Shown here one piece after another: positions 1-10,197 of a stretch of DNA of 64,000 bases (positions within the stretch are counted from its first letter, which is position 1; each line of letters starts with the position of its first letter). Origin of the DNA: Spirochaetia bacterium (GTDB lineage: Bacteria; Spirochaetota; Spirochaetia; SZUA-6; Bin103); assembly GCA_965208575.1 (NCBI GenBank), contig CBDBOV010000006.1, forward strand, positions 1,472,001 to 1,536,000. Direction: 5' to 3'. The notes under the pieces were generated by a model. That model was given only the letters and a program-made list of their open reading frames with translations. It ran no database searches and was not told where the DNA came from. A program made the position numbers and the translations under genes.

Positions 1-655
1 CCGGGCCGGCGGCGTCGAAGTTGGACGTGAGCCTGGCCGTGGACAGGTCCACCATGAACCGGCCCCCGGTCGAGTCCGGGTCCAGCGCCTCGCTGAAGAA
101 CAGCCGCATCGTGCCCCCGTCGACCTCTCCCCGCAGCAGGCGCGGCGGCGTGGTGTCGCGCGCCGTGCCGCCGTCCGTCGAGATCCGCCAGTCCACCTTG
201 TGCGCCGCATCGTGCGCCAAGCCCCCGTGGCCCAGCGCCGCGTCCGCACCGGACGCCGAGCGGATCGTCCCGCCGCCGGGCGCCAGGGTGTTGGCGAGCA
301 CCGCGACGCCCTCGGTCGACAGGTTCGGCTCCACCACCGTGTGCGCGAAGACCAGCACCGCCGTCCCGCTGCCGCCGGCGTAGAGCGCGCGCTTCTCACC
401 CCAAGCCGCCGGGTCCATGTCGATCGAGAGCCGCGGCGTCCCACCGGTCGTGTCCACCGCCACCGCCTCGGTGAAGGTCACCGTCACCCGGATCGTCTCG
501 CCACCCGCGTAGGTGGTGTCCGCGCCGGCGTCCGACGTCACCGCCACGCCGCTCACCCTCGGTGCGCCCGCGGACGCGGCCGGCACCGCCCCGAGCGGCG
601 CCGGCGCGAATGCAAATGCGAGGGCGGCGAGCAACAGAACATGGCGGACGGTCAT
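1..655 (-). CDS. Secreted/surface protein with Ig-like domains, partial (runs off the left edge)
   Basis: Not in the ORF track (no stop in the window). Translated manually from ATG at 655 (GGAG upstream): MTVRHVLLLAALAFAFAPAPLGA (signal peptide), then beta-rich VSGVAVTSDAGADTTYAGGETIRVTVTFTEAVAVDTTGGTPRL... and DTTPPRLLRGEVDGGTMRLFFSEALD (SwmB-like). Confidence 0.75.
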   Translation of the reverse strand, partial: MTVRHVLLLAALAFAFAPAPLGAVPAASAGAPRVSGVAVTSDAGADTTYAGGETIRVTVTFTEAVAVDTTGGTPRLSIDMDPAAWGEKRALYAGGSGTAVLVFAHTVVEPNLSTEGVAVLANTLAPGGGTIRSASGADAALGHGGLAHDAAHKVDWRISTDGGTARDTTPPRLLRGEVDGGTMRLFFSEALDPDSTGGRFMVDLSTARLTSNFDAAGP

Positions 656-872
656 GGTGGCGTTCTCCATTACAGACGGGTCGTTCCAACCTTAGCCGAT
701 TCAGCATATGAGTTGTGTGTCGAAACGGGGTCTATATGGTGTTTGTTTCATAAATCATTCGCGCCAAGCGCAAGCGCCGCTCGTTTCGCTGCGGCGGCAT
801 CGGATCCCGGCGCCCTGGATCGCGTCCGGTCAGCGCTCGCCACCGGTCAACAGCGGCCAACAACTGGTCAGC

Positions 873-902
873 TTGACAGGCCGGCGAGCATGCAATCATC
901 TT
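873..902 (+). promoter_or_regulatory. Putative sigma70 promoter of gatCAB-aspS
   Basis: TTGACA (873-878), 18-nt spacer, CATCTT (897-902), 12 nt upstream of the gatC ATG. Confidence 0.5.
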
Positions 903-914
903 ACGCGGGGTCCG

Positions 915-1229
915 ATGGAGTACCGGCACACCCTCAGCGAAGCGGAACTTGAGGTCACCGCGCAGATGGCGCGGCTGCGCCTGAACAGCGCGGAACGCGA
1001 CCGGCTGCGCGTCGGAGTGCAGCAGATCCTGGCGTACTTCGATGTGATGGCGGCGGCCGACGTCGGCGACGTGGAACCGACCACGCATGCCCTCGTGCCG
1101 CGCAACCGGCTGCGCCCCGATGCGGTGGTGGCGTCCGCGCAGCGCTGGGCCGGGGCGTCGCCGGAGCGGCTCCTGGAGACGGCAACGGAGAGCGAGGACG
1201 ATCACTTCACGGTACCCAACGTGTTATAG
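915..1229 (+). CDS. gatC: Asp-tRNA(Asn)/Glu-tRNA(Gln) amidotransferase subunit C
   Basis: MARLRL...ILAYFDVM...VEPTTH...NRLRPD...FTVPNVL; directly upstream of gatA; start trimmed to ATG 915. Confidence 0.9.
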   Translation: MEYRHTLSEAELEVTAQMARLRLNSAERDRLRVGVQQILAYFDVMAAADVGDVEPTTHALVPRNRLRPDAVVASAQRWAGASPERLLETATESEDDHFTVPNVL

Positions 1230-1258
1230 GTGCCCGAGAGTCCGGGATTCAGACGTAC

Positions 1259-2767
1259 ATGGTGACTGGTACGATCGATAATGGGCGGCCGGCGGCCGCC
1301 GCGGCATGGTCTGCCGTGATGAGCACCGCCGCCGGCGCGCGGCGCTGGCAGCAGGCGGCGCTGGCGGCCGACAAGGCGATCAACGGGTTCGTCGAGGTGG
1401 ACCCGACCCGCGACGCATCCGCCGTCGACGGTTCGGCCGGCAGCAACGGCGCCGCCGGCGCCAGCGCCGCGCAGGTGCTGGCCGGGGTGCCGTTCGCGGT
1501 CAAGGACAACATCGCCGTGGAGGGATTCTCGCTGTCATGCGGCTCGGCGCTGCTGCGCGGCCTCGCGGCACCCTATACCGCCACCGCGGTGGCCAGGCTG
1601 CAGCGCGCCGGGGCGCGGGTGGTGGGCAAGACCAATCTCGACGAGTTCGGCATGGGTTCGTCGAGCGAGCACTCCTGCTTCGGTCCGGTACGCAACCCCT
1701 GGACCCCCGAGGTAGTGGCGGGCGGTTCGAGCGGCGGCTCGGCGGCCGTGGTAGCCGCCGGCCTGGTGCCGTTCGCGCTCGGCTCCGACACCGGCGGCTC
1801 GGTGCGGCAGCCGGCGTCGTTCTGCGGCGTGTACGGCCTCAAGCCCACCTACGGCGCGGTGTCGCGGTTCGGGCTGGTGGCGTATGCTTCGTCCCTGGAC
1901 GTGATCGGCGTGACCGCGTCCGACCCGGACACCGCGCGGGCGGTGTTCGAGGCCATGCGCGGCGTCGATCAGCTCGACCAGTCGTCCGCGGACTACCCGC
2001 CGCCGCCGCCGCCGGAGCCGGCGCCCGGCGGCCTCGTGGTGGGCGTCCCGAACGGCATCCTGGAGGGGGTGGATCCGGCCGTGCGCCGCGCGCTCGAAGC
2101 GTGCCGCGAGCGGCTGCGCGACGCGGGCGTCCGCTGCGTGCCGGTAGAGCTCGGCTCGCTGGAGTACGTGGTCCCCGCGTACTATGTCATCGCCACCGCC
2201 GAGGCGAGCGCCAACCTGGCCCGCTACGACGGCGTGCGCTACGGGACGCGCGACGGGTACGGCGCGGCGGACGCCGAGCAGATGACCATCGCGGCGCGCA
2301 GCGCCGGGTTCGGCGCCGAGGTGAAGCTGCGCATCCTGGTCGGCACCTACGTGCTGCGCTCCGGCTTCCAGGAGCAGTACTACCAGCGCGCCCAGCGCAT
2401 CCGCACCCTCATCCGCCGCTCGTTCGAGCGCGCCTTCGGCGAGGTGGACCTCCTGCTCATGCCCACCTTTCCGGTGCCGCCGTTTGCCCGCGGCGCCGCC
2501 GGCCTCGACGCCTTCCAGCAGAAGCAGGGCGACCTGTTCACCTGCGCCGCCAACCTGACCGGCCACCCGGCGCTGACGGTACCCGGCATCATCGACGGCG
2601 GGCTGCCGATCGGCGTGCAGTTCATGGCGCCCTATTTCCGTGAGGACCTGCTGTTCCAGGTGGCCGGCCCGCTGGCGGCGCAGTTCGACACGCCGCGCCC
2701 GCCCCGCTACCTCGGCCCCCGCTCCCTGCTCGACGCCGGCGGCACGCCCGCCGGCGAGGAACGCTGA
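1259..2767 (+). CDS. gatA: Amidotransferase subunit A
   Basis: Amidase signature VKDNI, GKTNLDEFGMGSS, GGSSGGSAA, GSDTGGSVRQPAS, SANLARYDGVRYG. Confidence 0.96.
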   Translation: MVTGTIDNGRPAAAAAWSAVMSTAAGARRWQQAALAADKAINGFVEVDPTRDASAVDGSAGSNGAAGASAAQVLAGVPFAVKDNIAVEGFSLSCGSALLRGLAAPYTATAVARLQRAGARVVGKTNLDEFGMGSSSEHSCFGPVRNPWTPEVVAGGSSGGSAAVVAAGLVPFALGSDTGGSVRQPASFCGVYGLKPTYGAVSRFGLVAYASSLDVIGVTASDPDTARAVFEAMRGVDQLDQSSADYPPPPPPEPAPGGLVVGVPNGILEGVDPAVRRALEACRERLRDAGVRCVPVELGSLEYVVPAYYVIATAEASANLARYDGVRYGTRDGYGAADAEQMTIAARSAGFGAEVKLRILVGTYVLRSGFQEQYYQRAQRIRTLIRRSFERAFGEVDLLLMPTFPVPPFARGAAGLDAFQQKQGDLFTCAANLTGHPALTVPGIIDGGLPIGVQFMAPYFREDLLFQVAGPLAAQFDTPRPPRYLGPRSLLDAGGTPAGEER

Positions 2768-2768
2768 C

Positions 2769-4262
2769 GTGGCCGCTGCTGCCCCCGCCGCTGCCGCTGC
2801 TGCCGCCGCCGCCGACTACCAGCCACACATCGGGCTGGAGATCCACGTGCAACTGCTCACCGACTCGAAGGCGTTCTGCCAGTGCCGCAACGCGTTCGGC
2901 GACCGCCCGAACGAGAACGTGTGCCCGGTCTGCCTCGGCTACCCCGGCATCCTGCCTGCGCTGAACCGCGAGGCGGTGCTGGGCGCGTACGTGCTCGCGC
3001 GCACGCTCGGCTGCACCCTGAGCACGCGCACGGTGTTCGAGCGCAAGAACTACTTCTATCCCGACCTGCCCAAGAACTACCAGATTTCGCAATTCGGGGC
3101 GCCGGTCGGGCGGGACGGAGCGTTCACGGCCGAGGTCGACGGCAGCACGACCACGGTCGGCATTCGCGAGGTACACCTGGAAGAGGACGCCGGCAAGATG
3201 ATTCACGCCGGCGACATCTCGCTTCTCGACTACAACCGCACCGGAACGCCCCTGGTGGAGGTGGTCACGCAGCCGGAGCTGACCGGCGCCACCGCGGCCG
3301 AGCAGTTCCTGGAGGAGTTCCGCCGCATGGTGCGGTTCCTGGGCGTGTGCGACGGCAACATGGAGCAGGGCTCGCTGCGCTGCGACGCCAACGTGTCGGT
3401 GAACCGCGCCGGCGCCGGCCTCGGCAGCAAGGTGGAGATCAAGAATCTCAACTCGTTCAAGTTCGTACGCAACGCGCTCGCGTTCGAGATCGAGCGCCAG
3501 ACCGCGGTGCTCGCCGACGGCGGCGCGGTGCGCGTGGAGACGCGGCTGTGGAACGAAAACCGCGACTGCACCGAGCCGATGCGGGTCAAGGAGAGCGAAG
3601 ACGATTACCGCTACTTCCCGGAGCCGGACCTGCCGCCGTTCTGTCCCGACGAAGCGTTCCTTGCCTCCGTGGAGGAGCGCTTGGTGGAGTTGCCGCTCGC
3701 GCGCCGCGACCGGCTGCGGGAGCAGTTCGCGGTGACGGCGCAGCAAGCCGCGTTCCTGACCGCCGAGCCCGACACCGCCGACTTCTTCGAGCGCACGGTG
3801 GCGGCCGGCGCAGACGCGTCACTGGCCGCCCGCTGGCTCGGCGCCGACATCCGGGGCCACCTCAACCAGCGCCGCGAGACGCTGGCCGCCAGCCACCTGA
3901 CGCCGGAGCGCCTGGCCGCACTCCTGGCCATGCTCGCGAGGGGCGAAGTGAATGGCAAGATCGCCAAGCAGGTGCTCGCCACGGTCATAGCCGAGGACCG
4001 CGACCCGCACGCCGTGGTAGAACAGGATGGACTGCGCCAGATCACCGATGCCGGTGAGTTGCGCCCCATCCTGGAGCGCATCGTGGCCGACAACCCGCGC
4101 GTGGCGGCGCAGATCGCCGCCGGCGAACGCAAGCCGGCCGGGTTTCTGGTGGGCCAGGTGATGCGCCGCACGGCGGGCCGCGCACACCCGGACCAGGTGC
4201 ATGCGCTGATCGAGGCGCTGTACCAACCGGCGCCGGGTGGGGAACCGCGAGACGATGGCTAG
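2769..4262 (+). CDS. gatB: Amidotransferase subunit B
   Basis: IGLEIHVQL, RKNYFYPDLPKNYQISQ, HLEEDAGK, EIKNLNSF, DYRYFPEPDLPP; GTG start at 2769 just after the gatA stop. Confidence 0.96.
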   Translation: MAAAAPAAAAAAAAADYQPHIGLEIHVQLLTDSKAFCQCRNAFGDRPNENVCPVCLGYPGILPALNREAVLGAYVLARTLGCTLSTRTVFERKNYFYPDLPKNYQISQFGAPVGRDGAFTAEVDGSTTTVGIREVHLEEDAGKMIHAGDISLLDYNRTGTPLVEVVTQPELTGATAAEQFLEEFRRMVRFLGVCDGNMEQGSLRCDANVSVNRAGAGLGSKVEIKNLNSFKFVRNALAFEIERQTAVLADGGAVRVETRLWNENRDCTEPMRVKESEDDYRYFPEPDLPPFCPDEAFLASVEERLVELPLARRDRLREQFAVTAQQAAFLTAEPDTADFFERTVAAGADASLAARWLGADIRGHLNQRRETLAASHLTPERLAALLAMLARGEVNGKIAKQVLATVIAEDRDPHAVVEQDGLRQITDAGELRPILERIVADNPRVAAQIAAGERKPAGFLVGQVMRRTAGRAHPDQVHALIEALYQPAPGGEPRDDG

Positions 4263-5571
4263 CGCAGCGCCGGGAAAGGAACGGGTTCTGGCGCGCGCAC
4301 TGGCCGGGCACACCGGCGCCGCGGTGCTGCTGCGCGGCTGGGTGCACCGCCAGCGCGACCTGGGCGGCGTCTGCTTCGTGCTGCTGCGCGACCGCTCCGG
4401 CATCTGCCAGGTGGTGTTCGACAGCGCGCCCACCGACGGCGCCGGCGCACCGGTCACCCTGGAGTCGGTGGTGGAGATCGCCGGCGTGGTGGCCGCCAAC
4501 GGCAAGGCGCCGGGCGGCTACGAGGTGAAGGCGCAGCGGCTGCAGATCATCTCCGCGGCGGCCGGGGAGTTGCCGCTGGCGGTGAACCGGGACCCGTCGC
4601 AACTCAGCCTCGACGCCATGCTCGAGCACCGCATGGTGAGCCTGCGCAACCCCAAGACGCTGGCGATCTTCCGGCTGCAGGCCGCCATCGTGCAGCACTT
4701 CGCCGAGCATCTGCGCAGCGAAGGGTTCACGGAGATCAAGTCGTCCAAGCTGATCGGCAGCGGCACCGAGGGCGGCACCGGGCTGTTTCCGGTGGAGTAC
4801 TTCGACCGCACCGTGTACCTGGCGCAGTCGCCGCAGCTCTACAAGCAGGCGATGGTGGCGGCCGGGCTGGAGCGGGTGTTCGAGATCGGCATGGCCTACC
4901 GGGCGGAGAAGCACGACACGCCGCGGCACATCAATGAGTACGTGTCGCTGGACGTGGAGATGGCGTTCATCGACTCCGAGCACGACCTGATGGACCTGGA
5001 GCAACGCCTGCTCGCGGGCATGTTCGCCGGTCTGGCGCGCGACTGCGCCGCGGTGCTCGAGACGTGGCAGGCCACGCTGCCGACCGCCGCCGAGGTGGCC
5101 GCGATCCCCCGGCTGAGCCACGACGAGGCGCGCGCTGCCGTCGCGGAGGCGACCGGACGGCGGGTGTACGACATCAATCCGGAGGGCGAGCGCGTGCTGT
5201 GCGACCGGGCCGCCGCCGAGCACGGCATCGCCGCCGTGTTCGTGTACGGGTACCCGCGCCGCAAGCGGCCCTTCTACACCTATCCCTCCGACGGCAACCG
5301 GACCATGTCGTTCGACCTGCTGTTCCGCGGCCAGGAAATCACCTCGGGCGGGCGGCGCATCAGCGATTACGCCACGCTGGTGGACAGCATGCGGCGTTTC
5401 GGGCTCGACCCGGAGGCGATGAGCGACTACCTGTCGGTGTTCCGCTACGGCTGCCCGCCGCACGGCGGCTTCGCGATCGGCCTCGAGCGGCTCACGCAGA
5501 CCATCCTCGGCTTGGCCAGCGTCAAGCAGGCCTCCCTGTTTCCCCGCGACCGCAAGCGCGTGCGCCCGTAG
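4255..5571 (+). CDS. aspS: Non-discriminating (archaeal-type) aspartyl-tRNA synthetase
   Basis: ~440 aa with no GAD insert; GWVHRQRDLGG, KAPGG, YLAQSPQLYKQ, YRAEKHDTPRHINEY, PPHGGFAIGLER; co-operonic with gatCAB. Confidence 0.92.
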   Translation: MASAAPGKERVLARALAGHTGAAVLLRGWVHRQRDLGGVCFVLLRDRSGICQVVFDSAPTDGAGAPVTLESVVEIAGVVAANGKAPGGYEVKAQRLQIISAAAGELPLAVNRDPSQLSLDAMLEHRMVSLRNPKTLAIFRLQAAIVQHFAEHLRSEGFTEIKSSKLIGSGTEGGTGLFPVEYFDRTVYLAQSPQLYKQAMVAAGLERVFEIGMAYRAEKHDTPRHINEYVSLDVEMAFIDSEHDLMDLEQRLLAGMFAGLARDCAAVLETWQATLPTAAEVAAIPRLSHDEARAAVAEATGRRVYDINPEGERVLCDRAAAEHGIAAVFVYGYPRRKRPFYTYPSDGNRTMSFDLLFRGQEITSGGRRISDYATLVDSMRRFGLDPEAMSDYLSVFRYGCPPHGGFAIGLERLTQTILGLASVKQASLFPRDRKRVRP

Positions 5572-5759
5572 CACACCGCGTGCCGCGGCGGCCGGCTGCC
5601 CGCCGGGCCGCCCGCCGGCGGTGCCCAAGCCCGCGAAACGGGTATGCTACCCGTGCTCGGTGCGCTGTCAGTCCCGGCGGCGTCGTGCGCCGAACCGCGG
5701 GCGCCATCGCCGGACGCCTGCAGCCGAGCGGCCGCGGGCCGGCGCCCGAGACCAGACCG

Positions 5760-5815
5760 ACCGGGCGCGGGACGGGTGGTGCATTACCGATGCCCCGCCG
5801 TGCCGCGCGCCCGGT
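5760..5815. terminator. GC-rich stem-loop between convergent aspS and HAD genes
   Basis: ACCGGGCGCG (5760-5769) / CGCGCCCGGT (5806-5815) perfect inverted repeat with further inner pairing. Confidence 0.4.
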
Positions 5816-5827
5816 GCGATGGCATGG

Positions 5828-6514
5828 TCAGGCGGCGAGGTACGTGCGCACCGCGCGTGGATGGGCTGCCAGGCGGGCGGCGCCGGCCGCGATCAGCGCG
5901 CGCGGACTGCGATAGCCCCAGGTGGCGCCCGCCGGCCAGGCGCCGGCGCGTCGGGCGGCGAGCATGTCGGTATCGCCGTCACCCACCACGAGCACGCGCC
6001 GGGGGGCGACGCGCAACGCCCGGCACAGCTCCAGGATGCCGGCCGGGTCCGGCTTGGCGGGGCGCGGCGGCTGCAGCCCCAGGATCGCCCGGAACGGCAC
6101 ACCTGGAAACGCGCCCCGCACCACGTGCACGGTCTCCGGGTGCAGCTTGTTGGACAGCACCGCCATCGGGACGCGCCGGCGGGCCAGGTCGGCGAGGAGC
6201 GCGGGCACGCCGGGGTAGGGCCGGGTGGTGCGCAGCGCGTTGCGGCGGTAGTGGGCGCGCATCATGGCGCCCGCGGTCGCCACCAGGTGCTCGCTGCGGC
6301 GGTCGGGATCGATGGCGCCGGCCACCATCACCTCCACGCCGCCGCCGATCAGCGGCAGGTAGAACGGCAGCGGGTGGACCGGCTCGCCGAGCGCGCGCAG
6401 GGTGGCGTTCATGGCGGCGGCCAGATCGGGCAGCGAGTCGACCAGCGTGCCGTCCAGGTCGAAGATGACGGCGGCGAAGCGGGAAGCGCGGCTGCGGTGC
6501 AAGACAGTGCGCAT
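5828..6514 (-). CDS. HAD-family phosphatase (phosphoglycolate phosphatase-like)
   Basis: IFDLDGTLVDS, PYPGV, LSNK, KPDP, VGDGDTD, WGY motifs. Confidence 0.9.
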   Translation of the reverse strand: MRTVLHRSRASRFAAVIFDLDGTLVDSLPDLAAAMNATLRALGEPVHPLPFYLPLIGGGVEVMVAGAIDPDRRSEHLVATAGAMMRAHYRRNALRTTRPYPGVPALLADLARRRVPMAVLSNKLHPETVHVVRGAFPGVPFRAILGLQPPRPAKPDPAGILELCRALRVAPRRVLVVGDGDTDMLAARRAGAWPAGATWGYRSPRALIAAGAARLAAHPRAVRTYLAA

Positions 6515-6643
6515 CTTACGCGGCGAGGATGCGCCTGTGCCAGAGCCGCGCCGCCGGGGTGCGGGGCCGGCGCGGCTGGTCAGGATCGGGTACGCGCCGC
6601 GAGCGGCCGGACGGCGTCGCCGCCGGCACGCGCGGCGCTCGGG

Positions 6644-7468
6644 TCAGGGTACGAAGGCGTCCGCCGCGGGCGTGGTCAGAACGGTGCCGTCGTCGCCGAC
6701 CTGAACGGCCTGCGCGGCGCCGCTGTCGTGAATCAGCAGGTGATAGCCGGCCGGCAACTGCATCGTGAAGGCGGTTTGGCCATCGCTGTGCAGCGGGGCA
6801 GCCCAGGGATCCCACCACGCCCAGCGCCCGACCGGCAGCGACAGGCTGATCGTGTGCTTCGGGCGCGGGCGAATTGCCGAGGCGCTCATCTCCCCGGCCT
6901 GCAGCGCGGCCAGGATGGCGCTGCGGTCGAGCGCCCACGGGTCGGCGCCGGCGCGCACGCCCAGTTCCCGATCCAGGCGTTCGATGTTGAGCAGCCAGGG
7001 GTTCGCACCGCCGCGCCACAGGTCCATGATCAGCGTGGCCAGCACGCCGCCCTCCCAGGTGACCTGCAGCACGCCGGCGGCGTCGACGTCGTGGGGTACG
7101 ACGGCGCCGGCGGGCCGCAGCCGCAGTGCGGAGGGATCGCCGTTTGCACTGCGGCTGCCGGCGCCCGCCGGCCCTACTACCACCGGTTCGGCAACAACCA
7201 CCGACGCAGAGTGGCGGCCGACCGGGAGCACGGCGACGGATCCCGGAAGCGCGTCGGGCAGCCGCTGCTCGGCGCCGTCGCGGGCGTCCACGGCGGTGAG
7301 CCGCAGGACGATCGCGAAGTGCCGCCACGCCGCGGGCAGGTCGGGAAGGTGAACCTGCCGCGGTCCGGGGAACAGACTGCAGCCGCACAGCGACATCAGG
7401 GCCGCCGCCGTCGCGACGGCAGCGGCGCGTCGCCCCACGCAGGATCCGGGAGTCCGCCATCGTGTCAC
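6644..7468 (-). CDS. Hypothetical lipoprotein
   Basis: Hydrophobic stretch followed by lipobox-like LMSLCGC; start uncertain (GTG 7468). Confidence 0.55.
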   Translation of the reverse strand: MTRWRTPGSCVGRRAAAVATAAALMSLCGCSLFPGPRQVHLPDLPAAWRHFAIVLRLTAVDARDGAEQRLPDALPGSVAVLPVGRHSASVVVAEPVVVGPAGAGSRSANGDPSALRLRPAGAVVPHDVDAAGVLQVTWEGGVLATLIMDLWRGGANPWLLNIERLDRELGVRAGADPWALDRSAILAALQAGEMSASAIRPRPKHTISLSLPVGRWAWWDPWAAPLHSDGQTAFTMQLPAGYHLLIHDSGAAQAVQVGDDGTVLTTPAADAFVP

Positions 7469-7568
7469 GCCAGGTACAATGGCATGCGCTCCGTGGCGCT
7501 TCAGGCAGCGTCCGCACCGCCGGCCGAAACGCGGGGCGCGGTGCCGGCGGGACGGCTTGCGACTTGGC

Positions 7569-9470
7569 TCAGCGGCCCCGGTTGGAGTGATACATGCCGA
7601 GGAGCCGGTAGCTGGCGGCGGCCGCCTGGACCTGCTGCATGGCACGGTCGAACGACGCGCGTTCGGCCGGCACGTCCAGGTCGACGTAGAACATGTACTC
7701 CCACGGGCTGCCGGGAATGGGCCGCGACTCCAGCTTCTTCATGTTGAGGTTGTTGTCCGCGAGCACCTGCAGGACGTGGAACAGGCTGCCGGGCTCGTCG
7801 CGTGCCGAGAACACGATCGACGCGCGCGTGGGATCGGGAACCTCCGCCTGGCCGGCGCGCGCCAGGGCCACGAACCGGGTGTAGTTCTGGACGTTGGTCT
7901 CCACGCCTTCGGCCAGGATCTCCATGCCGTGCTCGCGCGCCGCGGCGGCGCCGGCGAGCGCCGCCTGCGTAACGTCGCCGCCGCGCGCCACCTCCGCCAC
8001 CGCGCCCGCGGTATCGTAGAACGGCACCTCCTCCCACTCCGGGAAGCCGGCCAGGAACCGGGCGCACTGCGCCAGTCCCTGCGGATGGGACAGCACGCGC
8101 CGGATGCGCGTGGTGGAGGCCCCGGGCGGCGCGATCAGGCACCAGCGGATGCGGATGGTGATCTCGCCGACGATGTGTACGTCGGGGTACTGCATCAGCA
8201 GGTCATAGTTCTGGTGGATCGAGCCGGTCAGGGAGTTTTCCACCGGCAGCACGCCGTAGTCGACCGAACCGTCGAGCACCATCCGGAACACGTCCGGGAA
8301 CTCGCGGCCCGGCACCGGGCGCGGGTCGGAGAAGTACTGGTAGATTGCGTTCTCGCTGTGCGCGCCGCGCTCGCCCTGGAATGCCACGCTGACCGCGTCC
8401 GTCTCCGTATCCGGCGCGGATACCGTGCGCTGCCGCGGCCGGTCGGTGCGCGGCAGCCGCAGGACCTCCTTGCCGAGTACCGGCGCCAGCCGCTCGATGT
8501 CGCGCATCAGCTTTTCGAACTGGCCGGGGTAGAGCGACTGTGGACCGTCGGAGCGCGCCGTGTCGGGATCGGGGTGCACCTCCACCAGGATGCCGTCGGC
8601 GCCGGCCGCCACGCCGGCGAGCGCCATCGGCTGCACCTGGTCGCGGCGCCCGGTGCCGTGGCTCGGATCGACCAGCATCGGCAGGTGGCTGAGCTTCTTG
8701 ACCACCGGGATGGCGGACAGGTCGAGGGTGTTGCGGGTGTAGGTCTCGAAGGTACGGATGCCGCGTTCGCACAGGATCACCGCATCGGTGCCGTGCGCCA
8801 TCAGGTACTCCGCCGACATCAGCAGGTCCTCGATGGTGGCCGCGAGACCGCGCTTCAGCAGCACCGGCTTGCCAAGTGCGCCCACCCGCTTGAGCAACTC
8901 GAAGTTCTGCATGTTGCGCGCGCCGACCTGCAGCACGTCCACGCAATCGGCAAGCAGGGGCAGGTACTCCGCCGCCACCACCTCGGAAAAGATCGGCATT
9001 CCGTAGCGCTCACCCGCTTCCTTGAGCAGCTCGATGCCGGGCTTGCCGAGGCCCTGAAACGAGTATGGCGAGGTGCGCGGCTTGAAGGCGCCGCCGCGCA
9101 GCGCAACCGCGCCCGACTCCCTGAGTTGCGCCGCGACTTCGAAAATCTGCTCGCGCGACTCCACCGCGCACGGGCCGGCGATCACGGCCAGGCGCCCGCC
9201 GCCGATCTTGATCGGACCGACGGCAATTTCGGTTTCGGTGCCCTTGAATTCGCGCGACGCGAGCTTGTAGGGCTGATTGAGGGGAACTACCTGCGCCACG
9301 CCCGGTAACCCTTCAATCTGGCGCTGGTCGAGTGGGTCGCCGCCCACCGCCCCGAGGATCGGTTCCCCGTCCTGAAGCAACTCGCGGATCTGGTACCGAT
9401 GCCCGGTGAGGAATTCGCGTACCGCACGCTTGTGCTGCGCGCTGATGCCGCGATCGAGAACGACGACCAT
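7569..9470 (-). CDS. DAHP synthase (type I-beta) fused to prephenate dehydratase + ACT domain
   Basis: [49 protein letters not shown]; then [38 protein letters not shown]...WEYMFYVD. Confidence 0.93.
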   Translation of the reverse strand: MVVVLDRGISAQHKRAVREFLTGHRYQIRELLQDGEPILGAVGGDPLDQRQIEGLPGVAQVVPLNQPYKLASREFKGTETEIAVGPIKIGGGRLAVIAGPCAVESREQIFEVAAQLRESGAVALRGGAFKPRTSPYSFQGLGKPGIELLKEAGERYGMPIFSEVVAAEYLPLLADCVDVLQVGARNMQNFELLKRVGALGKPVLLKRGLAATIEDLLMSAEYLMAHGTDAVILCERGIRTFETYTRNTLDLSAIPVVKKLSHLPMLVDPSHGTGRRDQVQPMALAGVAAGADGILVEVHPDPDTARSDGPQSLYPGQFEKLMRDIERLAPVLGKEVLRLPRTDRPRQRTVSAPDTETDAVSVAFQGERGAHSENAIYQYFSDPRPVPGREFPDVFRMVLDGSVDYGVLPVENSLTGSIHQNYDLLMQYPDVHIVGEITIRIRWCLIAPPGASTTRIRRVLSHPQGLAQCARFLAGFPEWEEVPFYDTAGAVAEVARGGDVTQAALAGAAAAREHGMEILAEGVETNVQNYTRFVALARAGQAEVPDPTRASIVFSARDEPGSLFHVLQVLADNNLNMKKLESRPIPGSPWEYMFYVDLDVPAERASFDRAMQQVQAAAASYRLLGMYHSNRGR

Positions 9471-9477
9471 GGCAGAC

Positions 9478-9505
9478 ACTATGGAGACCGCTTTTCCCGT
9501 GTCAA
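9478..9505 (-). promoter_or_regulatory. Putative promoter (likely leaderless mRNA) for the DAHPS-PDT gene
   Basis: Minus-strand TTGACA (9505-9500), 16-nt spacer, CATAGT (9483-9478); ATG 7 nt downstream. Confidence 0.5.
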
Positions 9506-9625
9506 GATGCCCGCCCGAACCGATCCGAACCGATCGTGGGCGAGCGGCCGCGCCGTGCAGGCGGGTGGTGCACGACGGCGGCGGCGCCGGTGCGCTCACG
9601 TGCGGATCGCGGTACACTTGGTGGC

Positions 9626-10174
9626 GTGCGCAAGCTGATTGTTCAATATGTCAAGGATCTGACCGCGGGGCGGCTGGCGTCCGGTTTCGAGCACTCCTAC
9701 CGGGTGTACCACCTGGCGCGCGAGATCGGCGAGGGAGAGCGGTACGACGACGACGTGCTGCACGCGGCCTGTTTTCTGCACAACGTCGAAATCCCGGCCC
9801 GGCGCCTGGCCGAAGCGGCCGAAAAGGCGGAGCTGATCTTGTCCGAGACCGGGTTCCCGCCCGACCGCACCCAGTTGGTGATTCAGGCGATTCGCCAGCA
9901 CCGTCCGGGCAGCCGGCCCACTACCGTCGAGGGCAAGCTTCTGTACGATGCCAACCTGCTCGACACGACCGGCGCCATCGGGTTCGCCCGGCTCGCCATC
10001 GGCGCCTTCTTCTGGCACCACTACAAGACCATGCAGGAGGTGCTCGACCTGCTGCGCGAGCGGCTCGGCCACGCCGACAGCTTCCATTTCGAGCGCGCGC
10101 GCCGGATGGCGGCGCCCAAGGTGGCGTTCATGCGCGAGGCGATCGCCCAACTGGAAGCGGAGTTGGACCTGTAG
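9626..10174 (+). CDS. HD-domain protein
   Basis: GFEHSYRV...AACFLHN...IRQH...LLYDANLLDTTGAIG pattern (HD degenerate to HN); GTG start. Confidence 0.75.
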   Translation: MRKLIVQYVKDLTAGRLASGFEHSYRVYHLAREIGEGERYDDDVLHAACFLHNVEIPARRLAEAAEKAELILSETGFPPDRTQLVIQAIRQHRPGSRPTTVEGKLLYDANLLDTTGAIGFARLAIGAFFWHHYKTMQEVLDLLRERLGHADSFHFERARRMAAPKVAFMREAIAQLEAELDL

Positions 10175-10197
10175 CGCGCGTGGCCGCCGGGTGCCGG

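Noticed and set aside
2772-2813. GCT/GCC-rich run at the gatB start
   Set aside because: Poly-Ala low-complexity linker; length changes would be in frame, so no evidence of phase variation.
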